A DNA stretch of 64,000 nucleotides from Parasitella parasitica NRRL 2501. Lineage: Eukaryota; Fungi; Mucoromycota. The first letter of the stretch is position 1, and each line of letters begins with the position of its first letter. Shown one piece after another: positions 1 through 12,246 of the stretch. The position numbers were made by a program, and so were the translations under genes. The stretch is from the NCBI GenBank assembly GCA_025201805.1, contig MU619303.1, forward strand, positions 85,867 to 149,866, read 5' to 3'. Below the pieces are notes generated by a model, which saw only the letters and a program-made list of their open reading frames with translations, was not told the origin of the DNA and did no database searches.

Positions 1-86
1 AAACCCTCATCCATTCAAAAATCTTCATTTAGCATCGGCCCAACTGGGCTGAATCGGCCCAAATGGGCCGACCTAATCTATACTTG
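1..86 (+). mobile_element. Probable Helitron 3' terminus (element extends left of the window)
   Basis: Two tandem 19-bp GC-rich palindromes, atcggcccaactgggctga (34-52) and atcggcccaaatgggccga (53-71; perfect 8-bp stem tcggccca/tgggccga). An 11-nt spacer follows, then CTTG (83-86) and T. This matches Helitron hairpin-spacer-terminus geometry. Confidence 0.45.
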
Positions 87-244
87 TTAATAAAACGGTA
101 TATTTTCTTCTGATTAAATCGCAATAGCCTGATAATTCATGTATTTTTTAGCATAGATCCGTGACCCAAGTAAATACATGCAGCTCAACAACACAAATGG
201 GGAAAATATTATGTTATTTATTTCTAATAAATGCTCTATGATTT

Positions 245-2508
245 CTACCATCCACCTCCGTCGAAGCCAGCAAATCCTGCTAATAAAAAGACAGGGAAAT
301 ACGGCTTTTTCTCGATTTGCGAACACCCTATATATATATATATAAAAAAAAAATTAACGAATACTATTTAAGTGAATAGTCTCATCTTACAGTTCCACGC
401 AGATGTGAGTCGACCGTCAATGCAGCTACCAGCATCGTAAAAATTATCTGCACCAGATCCGTCAAATGCAAAGCGAAAGAAATCCACTAAAAAAATGTGG
501 TTAAACGTCTATATAAAACAGCTCTTTCAATCACACATACTCAAGATTGTCTTTTTACAAAGATCCAAGCTTCCAAATTTCATTTCTATAAACTTGCGAA
601 TTCCTTCATCCTTTGCAATTCCATCAAGTCTTCCAACGGTAATGCATATAGGGTTTAATATTCGGGATACTTGGTTATACTAAATTTCATTCAGTACAAT
701 ACAAAGAAGAATAACAACAAAATCAGACCCCTTACTTTGTCAATAAACATGAGGGCATTAGGTACATTCTTGTCACCCAGGTGGATAACGCTACTGCCAA
801 TCCAAATACCTGCTTTCTTCTGCGCTTTAAATAACGTACGATGCATCTCTCTGGAAACAGCAGGGCAAGGCTGAATACGATGCAGACCTTGACCTGTTTG
901 AGATAGGCAATAAGGATTTGAAGCCGAGAGCATATCTTGATCTGCCAATGACCAGAGTTTAAACATGTCGTTCAAAATCTCTCGCCAGAGCTTCAATGTT
1001 TGATTGACATAAATGTACTGTGTATGATGATCATGACTCAGGCGGTGGCCTTGAGATCCAGAAGCGATAGATAGAGAATATTCAGGATCATCACAGCTAT
1101 CAGGGCTAAAGTACTTTTCTAGTGATTGAATCATCTTTTCACAAGGATCGCTGTTGCACAGGTTAAGGCCCCAAAACTACACTTAAACTTAATAACATAC
1201 CGATTCGCCCTCAAATAGGCGTTATTGTCGCCAATACTGTATAGGCAATGACGGATCTCATCGGCAGAGAGATATTTGGACTTGTATTTTCGACTCAATT
1301 GCTCAATACTCTTCTCTTTATACCTGATTTCCGCTTGAATCTGAGATCTAGTCTTTCTGTCGGGTATGATCTCCATTGTTGCGAGTAAGATGTTATCCTC
1401 ATGTAGTACATCTAAGCCGCGCCTCTCTTCCAAGAATGTGTATACTGTCTGAATTGGCACAACACAATCAAATCCGAGCATCTCTCTAACATCTGGTATC
1501 ATCGAGTCCTGCATATATAAATATACAGATTAATCATGTAAGCAGGAGCACACACCAAAACTGGATCCAAGTGTACTTACAGACAAAAGATACATTAATT
1601 TACCATAGGCGCCTCGCATCTTTTCAGGGTTCATAATCTTGTGTCTGCGACCAATTTCAAAAATCGTTTGAAAGAAATCCTCATTTTCTTCATAACTTCT
1701 ATCTGCAAACAACTCTTGACCACGCTTATAATCACATCCAAGAACAATACCTGTCAAAACAGCGCATAGTTCTTTAATTTGATTCACAACTCGTTTTGCT
1801 TTTCCAGTGCTAGATTCGTTGTCGATTTTCTCAGTGTATTCTGTCACATTCAAAGCTGCTTCGAGCCTGACCATCAATATCGTACCTATAAGCAATCTAA
1901 CATTCACACCATGTTTCTATAGTCTCTTACATTCTCAAGTATTTCCTTTCCTCCAATTGCAGTCGTAACGGAATGAACTTTGCTCTTTCCTCCATAATTT
2001 CTCCAATGTTGATTTCTTTTGATTTAACAGATGCTGCTGCTGCTGCTATATCTCTATTAACCTTTGTTTATTCAAATGCAGTGTCAGTAATATGCTCGAA
2101 AATTCATCTATTAGTAGACTAACACCACCATCCTCGACTCGAGTTTCACTATCTTCCTGTGCATTATCTGTGCGGTTTGCTTGGGATGAGGCAGTATATT
2201 TTCTACGTTCGTGCGCCTTGCGTTTACCAGTTCTATGAATCATGCCTATAATTTACAATTAGCTGTGGCTCAACTTTCAATAGTTGATTCATTCACATAC
2301 CACAGCAAACTTCACAGAATGGCTCATTGCACGTCATACAGAAAGTGTCTGCTTCTTGGTCTTTGCATTCGACGCAGAAGCCTTCCTTTACCTGTTCATC
2401 TGCCACTACTGGATCTGCATCAAAAGACAAATCTTCCGTGTCCATGATAGAGACATTGTCGGATAGAATGTCTTCTAATTGATGCTTCTTTTTGTCGTTT
2501 GTTGGCAT
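245..2508 (-). CDS. UPF0652/DUF2009 family protein with N-terminal B-box zinc finger (multi-exon)
   Basis: ATG at 2508. N-terminus CVECKDQEADTFCMTCNEPFCEVCCGMIHRTGKRKAH. Conserved blocks [46 protein letters not shown] and spliced C-terminal FDGSGADNFYDAGSCIDGRLTSAWNWCSQIEKKPYFPVFLLAGFAGFDGGGW*, stop at 245-247. Confidence 0.85.
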
Positions 2509-2687
2509 TATTGCTTTAAACCACACGAAACAGCATTTGATTGTAAGAGTGGCGTGTATGAACGAAAGGTAATCAGTCACTTTTTTATTGTTTTAAAANN
2601 NNNNNNNNNNNNNNNNNNNNNNNNNNNNNNNNNAAAAAAAAAAAGAATAGCAATTTGACATTAGCTTTTCCATTGCACTATTATAAA

Positions 2688-4352
2688 ATGTCACCTTCAA
2701 AGATCGAAAAGGTAAGATGTCCATCATAAAAACTTAACTAACTTCTGACATCAATATTGCAAAACAAAAAAAAATAGGCTGAAAAGAGAAAGAGAGACGA
2801 GGACGCTCCTGTGAGCAAGAAGAGCAAGAAGGATAAAAAAGACAAGAAAGAAAAGAAGGATAAAAAAGATAAAAAGGATAGAAAGGACAAAAAGGAAATC
2901 AAGGAATCTAAACCTGAAGAAGAAAAGATGCAAGTGGATACACCTGCTGCTGTTGTACCGAAGAAAGCCATCAACAAGAATGTCGAAATCCTTGCATCAT
3001 ACAAATATCAACAAAATGAAGAGCTCTCTGCCTTGCCTCAAAGTACCATTGATGAATTTTACAAAAAACACACTATCGAAGTTACAGGCGACCTCAAGCT
3101 TCGTCCTATTCTCGAATTCAGACAAGCTGGCCTTCCTGACAATATTTTGGAAGTGGTAAAGAATTTCTCCAACCCTACACCTATTCAAGCTGCCACTTGG
3201 CCCATCACTCTTTCTGGCCGTGATATCGTTGGCATTGCAGAGACTGGCTCTGGCAAGACTCTTGCCTTTACAATCCCTGGTTTGGTTCACATTGCTACTA
3301 AATTGAAAAAGGGTAAGAAAAATGGTAAGCCTTCCATGCTCGTGGTATCTCCTACTCGTGAACTAGCCATGCAAAGTGCTGAACAAGCTGAAGCTGCTGG
3401 TAAAGCTGTCGGTGTTACATCCATTTGTGTTTACGGCGGTGTAGACAAGCAGCCTCAACGTAGAGCTTTCCAAAGAGGTGTTGATATCGTTGTTGCGACT
3501 CCCGGTCGTTTGATCGATCTTATCAACGAAGGTACTTGTGATTTATCCGAGGTTTCTTTCATGGTTTTGGATGAGGCCGACCGTATGTTGGATGATGGTT
3601 TCGAGAATGATATTCGTTCAATCATGAGCTACTCGCCCAAGGGCCGTCAAACTCTCATGTTCTCTGCTACATGGCCCGAGAGCATCCGTAAACTTGCTAG
3701 CGATTTCTTGACTAAGCCTATGCGTGTCACCATCGGCTCTCCTGACCTTGCTGCTTCTCAAAACGTACAACAAATCGTCCAAGTCATCGATAACCCTAGA
3801 GATAAAGAGCGTCATTTGCTAGATTTGTTAAAGAAGGTTCACAAATCTCGCACAAACCGAGTATTGATTTTTGCGCTCTACAAAAAGGAGGCCATCCGTG
3901 TCGAAAGGTCGTTAGAATATCATGGTTACAAGGTCGTCGGTATCCATGGTGATAAAAATCAACAACAGCGTACTGAGGCTTTGAGCTCGTTCAAGGATGG
4001 ATCTTTCCCCCTGATGATTGCCACTGATGTTGCTGCTCGTGGCCTTGATATCCCTGATGTTGAGTACGTAATTAATCTCACTTTCCCTCTCACTATTGAA
4101 GCATATGTCCATCGTATTGGTCGTACTGGCCGTGGTGGTAAGAAGGGTACCGCCTACACTTTCTTTACCCCCGAGGATAAGGCTCATTCAGGCGAATTAA
4201 TCAATGTCTTGAAACAGGCGAAGATGAATGTTCCTGAAGAATTATTGGCTTTCGGTACTACTGTCAAGAAGAAGACTCATAGCGCGTATGGCGCCTTCTA
4301 CAAGGATACTGGTGGAGAACCCAAGAAGGCCACCAAGATTGTCTTTGATTAA
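2688..4352 (+). CDS. DBP3: ATP-dependent DEAD-box RNA helicase (60S biogenesis)
   Basis: ATG 2688, intron 2712-2777. KKD-rich N-terminus; motifs AETGSGKT, PTRELA, DEAD, SAT, HRIGRTGR; DBP3-type C-terminus FGTTVKKKTHSAYGAFYKD...KATKIVFD. Confidence 0.95.
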
Positions 4353-4937
4353 TTATTCTTGAGTCATGTATCTCTTTGCTTTTAGACTTATTTTTTCTTG
4401 CACACATTATCATTATATATTCTTTCGCATGTTGTTTCATATATTGAAATAAATATTTGATTTATTGTTTTTTTTTATAATACCAAGCAGTCTGCTGAAA
4501 ATAGATCTGGTTTGAACAAAGGTTACTTGAAAAAACCTTACACTAGAACAATGGATTGATACTTTGACCATTGCCCATCACACATGTTTATTGTAAAGAC
4601 TCAAGCAAATACAGGCGGATGTTCAACAAAGATCCAATAAAAGCTCTGTTCGTAGTTTACTGCCACGTCGATGATGTTGATAATATAATCAAGAAATCAT
4701 CTATTATGCATATGTTAACAATCAACTAAACATGTCAAATTACCGCTGAATGCTAGCAGGAGAATTTACACCAGCTAATGAGCAAAGAATAATACAAAAA
4801 AACGCGACATTTTGTTTACGTTTTCTCGTTTTGTGTTCCCCAAAATCTGCCTTTTTCATTTGGCGGTTTGATATAAGGCTCTGAGCACAGTTTTCCTTTT
4901 CCACCTCTTTTTCTCTCTTTTCATCTTCTCTTTCTAT

Positions 4938-7900
4938 ATGCAACAGCAGCAGCAGCAACAGTCACCTGCTTCACAACCTTTGCAAAGACCTCCTCCTCCT
5001 GGTCAACCTCAACCTCGTCCCATGGGGTATAGGCCTCAACAACAACCAGGCGCTCCCGCTGGTTATCGTCCTCCTATGCAGCCTGGCCTTCCTAGACCGG
5101 GATTCCAGCCTCCTAATGGCTCAACGCCTCCTCCGCATCCGGGCCTTCCTGCTGGTGTTCGCCCTGGCTTTAATCCTATTCCACAAAGACCTATGATGAG
5201 ACCTGTTGGGCAATCTCCTATGCAAGCTCCCATGGCTTCTACTTCTCCAGGCGTCGTTGCATCACCCATCCAACAACCAGAGCAGTTACCTCAAGAACCT
5301 CCAATGTCACCTACCACTCAAAGCTCAGCCGCAGAATATCATAAAAAAAAGAGGATGTATCCTGAGCAGATTACCAAAGCATATTCTGGTGATGTGCCTG
5401 TATCTCCTGTCTACCCTCAGCAGCAACAACCATATGGATCTCCTGCAATTGTTAATCAACAAGCACAAGGACAAGCACAGTTTATTTCTCCAATGGGCAC
5501 ACCCTCAGCTTCGACTCCGTATGCTCAACCGCAACAACCGGCCTATGGTCAGCAACAACATCCACAGCATCAGCAACATCAACAACCCGCCTACAACGCG
5601 TACGGACAAGATCCTGTTAATCAAATGGCCTCTCAGTTTGGCAATATGAATATGGGTGCTTCTCCTACTGTAAGTGGATAAAGTTAAAGAGGTTTTTGTG
5701 TACATACAAACATGATTTTCGTTGGTTTAGGTTACTCCTGCTGTACCTCTGCTGGGAGCTCGTCCTCAGATTGCTGATATTGGATACAATGGACCAGCAA
5801 TTCGTTTGCCACCTAATGTAAGTATTTGTTTGTAAAAGACAAGGGCAGCAATATTAATAGTCGATTTTGAAATAGATTTCTGTAACTGATTCCCCTAATG
5901 TTAATTGCGACACATCCTATCAATGCGCCACTATTAACGCGATCCCTGCAACAGAGTCGTTGCTAAAGAAGTCCAGATTACCTTTTGCGCTTGTATTAGC
6001 ACCCTACAGAAGCTTGAAAGAAGGAGATGTAAGAACCAGTCTGTTTAGACGAAAGAGAGAAAAAAAAAGAGTCAACATGCTGATTACTATATATTTTCAC
6101 CTAGGAACCTGTGCCAGTTGTAAAAGACAGTGTCATTGCCAGATGCAGACGTTGTAGAACATATATCAACCCTTTTGTTACTTTTGTGGAAGGCGGCCAG
6201 CGTTGGAAGTGTAACATGTGTTTCTTGTTGAATGATGTACCAGCAGCGTTTGACTACGACAACCAAACACAACAACCCGCCGATCGTTGGAAACGCCCTG
6301 AACTGAACTACGGCTGTGTTGAATTTGTCGCACCAACCGAGTACATGGTCCGACCTCCTCAGGCACCTTCCTTTGTATTTGTGATTGATGTGTCTTATTC
6401 GGCCATTCAGTCCGGTATGCTGGCCACTGCTGCACGCACTATTCTTGATTCTCTGGATCGTTTGCCCAACAATGAAAACCGTACTCGTGTGGGTATTATC
6501 ACAGTCGATTCATCGCTTCACTTTTACAATCTGAACTCAAAGTTGGCTGAACCACAAATGCTTATTGTCTCGGATTTGGAAGATATATACTTGCCTCAAC
6601 CTACCAATTTACTAGCTAATTTAACAGAGAGCATGTCTACTCTCAAGACGTTATTGGAAAAGTTACCAGATATGTTCAGGGATTCTGTCAATGTCAACAA
6701 TGCATTGGGTACAGCTCTTCAAGCCGCTTTCAAGCTGTTATCACCTGTTGGTGGCAAGATCATATGCTTGCAATCCACTCTGCCCAACACCGGTACTGGC
6801 TCATTGAAGCCCCGTGAAGATGTCAAAATGCTTGGCACCTCAAAGGAATCCACACTTTTGAACGCTGCCTCTCCTTTCTACAAGACATTTGCTGTGGATT
6901 GCTCTCGCCATCAAGTCGCTTGTGACATGGTTATTTTTGGTGGCCAGTATTCTGATGTTGCCACTCTCAGCTGCGTTCCTCACTACACTGGTGGTCAGAC
7001 CTACTACTACCCTGGATTCAATGCTAGTCGCTCAGAAGACGCTCTTAAATTTGCTCATGAATTCTCTGAGCTGTTGGCTGAGCAGATTGGTTTGGAAGCT
7101 GTCATTCGTATTCGTGCTTCTCGTGGTTTACGCATGAGCGCTTTCCACGGTAACTTCTTTATTCGTTCTTCTGACCTGTTGGCTCTTCCCAATGTCCCTC
7201 GAGACCAAAACTATGTGGTTGAAGTCGCAATGGAGGACGACCTGAAGGTGCCAACGGTTTGTTTCCAAACTGCCTTATTGCATACATCCTGTACTGGCGA
7301 AAGACGTATCCGTGTTATCACCCAGTGCTTGCCAGTTAGCAGTTCTATTTCCGAGCTATATGCCAGTGCTAACCAACAAGCAATCACTGCTTATCTCGGT
7401 GTAAAGGGTAAGGAAAATTATGAGTTTAAATAGCTTGGAAACTAACCGCTAATTTTATAGCTGTTGAACGTGCTCTGTCTTCCAAGCTGGATGATGCTCG
7501 TGATGCCATTGTCAACAAGGTGGTTGACCTTATGGGTGTTTACAAGACCCATGTATTGGGCTCAGGACAAGGATCTACGCCTCAATTGACTGCGCCTGAC
7601 AACCTCAAGCTGCTTCCCTTGCTTGCATTGTGTTTGATCAAGCATGACGCTTTACGTCAGAGCTCACAGATTCCAACTGATATGAGGTCGAATGCTATGA
7701 ATATGATCAACACTATGCCTATACAACTTTTGATCCCGTATCTCTACGCCAACCTTTATTCATTACACAATATGCCTGCCGATGCTGGAGAGTTCTCAGA
7801 GCATGGCGTTATTTTCCCTCCTGCTTTAAATTTGACAGCAGAGAATTTGGAGGTGCATGGCTGCTATATCTTGGAAAATGGACAAAACATCTATCTGTGG

Positions 7901-8274
7901 GTGGGACGCAATGTTGTTCCTCAACTCTGTTCTGATCTTTTTGACGTGAAATCATACGAGGGCCTCAAAGGAGGCAAGATTACTATGCCCACACTGGAAA
8001 CCCCTCTCAATAGAAAGGTGAATACTCTCATCGGTAAACTGAGGGAAATGCGTCGTGGCAACTACTACCCCACTCTTTATTTGGTTAAGGAAGATGGCGA
8101 TCCCTATCTCAGATTATGGTTTTTGGCTCACTTGATTGAAGATCGCACTGATAATATCATGAGTTATCAGCAATTCTTACAACATATCAAGGATAGAGTA
8201 AGTTAAATATCCAACCTTGATCTCGTACAAATATACTAAACTATTAAAAATAGGTCAGCTCATCATCGTTTTAA
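4938..8274 (+). CDS. SEC24: COPII coat subunit Sec24 (multi-exon)
   Basis: P/Q-rich N-terminus, zinc finger [12 protein letters not shown]...[20 protein letters not shown], trunk domain FVIDVS, gelsolin-like C-terminus [16 protein letters not shown]. Last micro-exon 8254-8274. Confidence 0.95.
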
Positions 8275-8368
8275 GTACTAATAATAAAAATCCATAAATA
8301 TGCACAAGACAATTTTTAACATTTTTATGAATGTGGGTTTGACTTTTATTTGCAACATAATGAATCAC

Positions 8369-9233
8369 TCAAAATGTATCTGAGGGCGTCAAAATAAAAT
8401 CCAACCTTTCGTCTGTTTCCTCCAGGGGAATGGCTCCAACCTCCAAAATTTGCTCCTTCAAGGATAAAGCAATAGTCTTGGGTCGATCAATGCCATGCTC
8501 GTCTGCCCAAATGTTACATTTTTTTATGTAACGATCGTAATAGCTAAAGTCGATACATCAGCCGCCATTGTTTAAGACGTATGATGTACATCTTGCTTAC
8601 CCTTTTCCATGTCCAATCCTGTTTCTTGCTTTGTCAAAAGCAACGCCCGGTACCAAAATCAAATCCAACCCATTACCGTAGTTGTCGTCAATTGCTACAG
8701 ATACACCACCACGTTAAAAATTGCATTGATTTGCTCTGCTTTAATCATACCATCTGCTCTTGGTTGATCAAGGGGTGGTTCGGGTATGTTCCATTTGTTG
8801 ATAGGTAGTGATTCAAAGTCTTCAATATCATTGATCTTGACCATGTCCATGGTATTCTTTGTACAACGAGGTATAAAGCAATTTTTGTCTATATATATAT
8901 ATATATATATATCAGTTGATTGGAATTACATGTGTGGCGACTATTACCAGAATTAAGCAAATCATGAATTATATCTGTCGTGACAATCTCACTATTAGGC
9001 ATGCTAATGTAGATACTGACGTTTTTGCTTGCTCGAAAGACGTCCATCTCCTGTAATTTCTGCTGAACAGACCTGGCTAGCGATAAGATAGTATCATATT
9101 ACGAAATATACAACTACTAGCCAATAAAGTACTACTCACATTGCTTTTTCAATTCACTTGTGCTCAGGAGCCCCAAGCGGTTCGCCATGTCCTTGCGCAG
9201 CTGTTTTTTCAACTCGACTATAGCTTTGCTCAT
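8369..9233 (-). CDS. FAU1: 5-formyltetrahydrofolate cyclo-ligase (MTHFS), 5 exons; not in the ORF track
   Basis: Manual splice gives MSKAIVELKKQLRKDM...SKNVSIYISMPNSEIVT...CFIPRC...NKWNIPEP...[29 protein letters not shown]...IPLEETDERLDFILTP. VPGVAFD-x4[10 protein letters not shown] is the family signature. Confidence 0.9.
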
Positions 9234-9697
9234 TTGGAAAACTAGTCCACATTCAACGTTGGGAAATTCAATCAATATCAGCGGATTGAGTTCTAATTGC
9301 TAGCATCACCATGTGCGATAAACAATTTTCACTTTCGGAAAGGAAGATTAGAGAATCAATTCCTGAATCATTTAGATCCTGAGGTTTATTGACTAAAAAT
9401 CCAAATGCCGTGTCTATCGTGTCAATTCATGATAAAATTCTGGACAAATCATCATCTCTCCCGTGTAAGCTTATAAACAGTATCGTACATGGTTAAAATA
9501 GTGAAAGTTACTGAATATTTCCCTGCATTTAAGACAGTAAAATTAAGTCTTTGAGTTGCTAATATTTTGTCTTGAGTACAGAAATCTTGTTTATTATTAG
9601 AGCCCTGTATAAACCTTCGTATTTTCGATTTATTCTTTTAAAGAAATACATATCAACCACAGATTTTCGCATTTAATTTTTTAATAATATTTCATCC

Positions 9698-10036
9698 ATG
9701 TCATCTGCTTTGAATGGTCGCAAAAGACGCCTTATTGCTATAGAGGATTAAGAGGAAGGCAAGTTGGATGAAGGCATGGATCTGACAACAGCCGTGTTCA
9801 GTAGCTCGAATAGTGGCATAATAAAGATTATCGAGATAGTGTTTTTTTGATATCGATTGTTTTGTATTTCATTTGAAGCTGTGCAATAGGTTTCAGATCT
9901 CGGGTATGTAACTCAATGCCTTTGTAAACATATGTATATCGTAAAAGAAACTGATTTTATACGTGTGTGCCTACCATAGAAGATACCAAAGATGCGGACA
10001 TCGCCGATGGTTTAGATACAGATGAAGCTGATGTTT
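9698..10036 (+). pseudogene. Possible decayed gene 5' fragment abutting the DIRS remnant
   Basis: ATG-led MSSALNGRKRRLIAIED*EEGKLDEGM... with an in-frame stop, intron-like gtatgt...ag segments and an acidic final segment. It ends at the DIRS boundary. Confidence 0.25.
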
Positions 10037-11095
10037 TTAAACCTTTGACTCTACCTGCGTAGACAAAGAGACCAGATAAGAATTCACCAAGAATTCTGTA
10101 CTAATACTGTCAGGTATATCATGTAGATGAGCCATCGCTGCGTGAGCTATTTTTATAGTAGAGACCTGCAGATTTTGAACTTTGACGAATTGCAGCCAAG
10201 AAATTGACCAGATCCGAACCAGAAAAAGATGGTTAAGGTACGCCATTCTGTACCGCCCAGACGAGAAAAAAAAAAAGCTGATTCTTGCGATAAAGACGAT
10301 TGATACTGTTTGTCTGCCAATTTCTGCGCTATTAAGTCTTCGATATCTTGTTCATTGAGGTTTGTCTTTACAACTTTATCTCTGATAATTGCCGCACGGA
10401 GAGCATCCAATTCTGTTGTAGCAACGGGGTTTGAGTCCTGGGGGAGGACGTCGTTTGAACCGCTTGAGGGGGAAGCATCAGCGGGGAGGAAAGAGCCAGA
10501 CGCTGAACCAGAGCGCACTCGGGCAGTAAGGTACCACAAGAATTAACAATGGGAGCATCTTTTGAAGAATTTTGTTCAGCACACGAGGAATCAGATTCCA
10601 TGGCGGATTTATGAAAAGCATCCGGATCCTGCAGCCAGGATACGTGCTTTCCTAATAGCTTGGTAGTTTTATCGGCAAATAGATCGATTGCAGAGGGACT
10701 CCACATCCTCTAAATTTCCTTGAAATAAGTGCGACGAGACTCCATATCTGTGATTGTGTTGTGAATCCCACTGATATGCTGCGCTTGTAACATAATCTTG
10801 TAGTGAATGCACCAATTTCAAGCTTCTGTGATCTAAAATGGGCTTGCATACTTTTGTGAAGACGAATGGACTAGTAGACAAACCAATGGCGGTCGTACAA
10901 TACTGGTAACCTGGTCTTCTATTATTTTAGCCGTAGGTATCTCGTCGAATCTTGATGGACAATAATATGAAATGAGACTGTAGAAACCTGGCTCGGTCAG
11001 AATTTGTTGCAGGGAAACCTGCTCAATTGCCTCTTTTGCTAACAGATCTTGGATAGCTTGGTCGGCTGAGAAGAGTGTAATTGAGGTTGGTATAA
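10037..11095 (-). mobile_element. Degenerate, internally deleted DIRS-type tyrosine-recombinase retrotransposon
   Basis: Frameshifted fragments in DIRS order. RT: QAIQDLLAKEAIEQV...PGFYS and YQYCTTAIGLSTSPFVFTKVCKPIL. RNase H end: NWCIHYKIMLQAQHISGIHNTITDMESRR. Methyltransferase-like domain: IDLFADKTTKLLGKHVSWLQDPDAF, NPPWNLIPRVLNKI, LVVPYCPSALWF. Recombinase N-terminus: NRLYRKNQL.FLVWA...FSGSDLVNFLA...LQVSTIK...AMAHLHD. Confidence 0.85.
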
Positions 11096-11677
11096 TAACA
11101 TCAATTTGGCCTTCTTCTTGCTGTGTTCCTCCTTTTGAGTTCCTAGTCAATTTTAATTTAAGCGCACAATAAAATAAATGTTCTGCTTTTCCTTTAATCA
11201 TCGAAGTTCTTTGAACACGGGTGTCATGAATGGAGAAGCACTACCAAATTCGACAATGACATCACTCAGGTACACTCGCTGAAAGCCTCTTAATCAACCC
11301 ACTACCTGCATATTTTATCACAGAAAGATTTTTTTTTTACGAATAGTGCTGTAAAAGACATGTCTTTACACGAAATCTTGCTTTTGCATTAGTTTCCACT
11401 GCTTTGTGCGTGGGGCGTTTGGGGAGAGCGCTGATGAGAGGAAATTCAAATCATAGCGAGACTTCTTTATACTATCTCTTTGGGATATCTGGAATCTTTT
11501 ATGAAAGCAAATTCGAGGTGTTAGGCTCTTTGGGAACATCTTAATCAGATCAAAGTCGGAAGCATCTGTGTAAACAGGTTTGAAAAAATGAACGGAACGT
11601 CCGCAATTGCTCAGATCTACCTTTACAATTCTTGGTATCAATGTACTGTATCAAATGCCGTTGGTTTGGCGAGATAC

Positions 11678-11790
11678 TTGACTTTAGACTAAAATCTCCT
11701 CAATTGGACTCAAAAAAGAAGCGTAAAGAGGTAGGTAAATACAACTATGGCCTTCGGATTCGATAAGCCGTTTAATAGTGGCCTTTGATC
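11678..11790 (-). mobile_element. Tc1/mariner (IS630-like) DDE transposase fragment
   Basis: KRLIESEGHSCIYLPLYASFLSPIEEI, a decayed version of the YLPPYSPxLNPIE motif that carries the catalytic Glu. Flanked by stops. Confidence 0.7.
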
Positions 11791-12246
11791 ATCTATGCTG
11801 GGAGATTTTCTGGTAATCTCTGTGGTTCTCGAGGGAAAATTGTATTGTTGAAAACTCATGATCATCATCCTCAATCAGGCCGCCATTGCCCATTTTGCTG
11901 ATGTGAAAAAAGGTTGGAGTCATCCATGTGAGAATCAGACATACTTGTTTTAATTTTTAAACTGATTTGCTAAGCTTTTCAAAAAGCCATTGCTATCAAA
12001 AGTACGGAAAATTTACTTTGAAAAGCCTGCATTCAGTGTGTCAACTAATTGAAAGTTTAGGATCTCTATGTTCAAGTGTTTGTGTACATGATTTTCTCAA
12101 CATTTATGCTCATAAACGATGTCCATCTTTCTATTCAGAGACTGGTTTTCGTGACAGCAATTACTATTTTTTTTTTTTTTTCAAACGACTAAATCAATTT
12201 TTTTTTCGATACATCTCTCTCCATATCCAACAAAAGTTTCTATATT

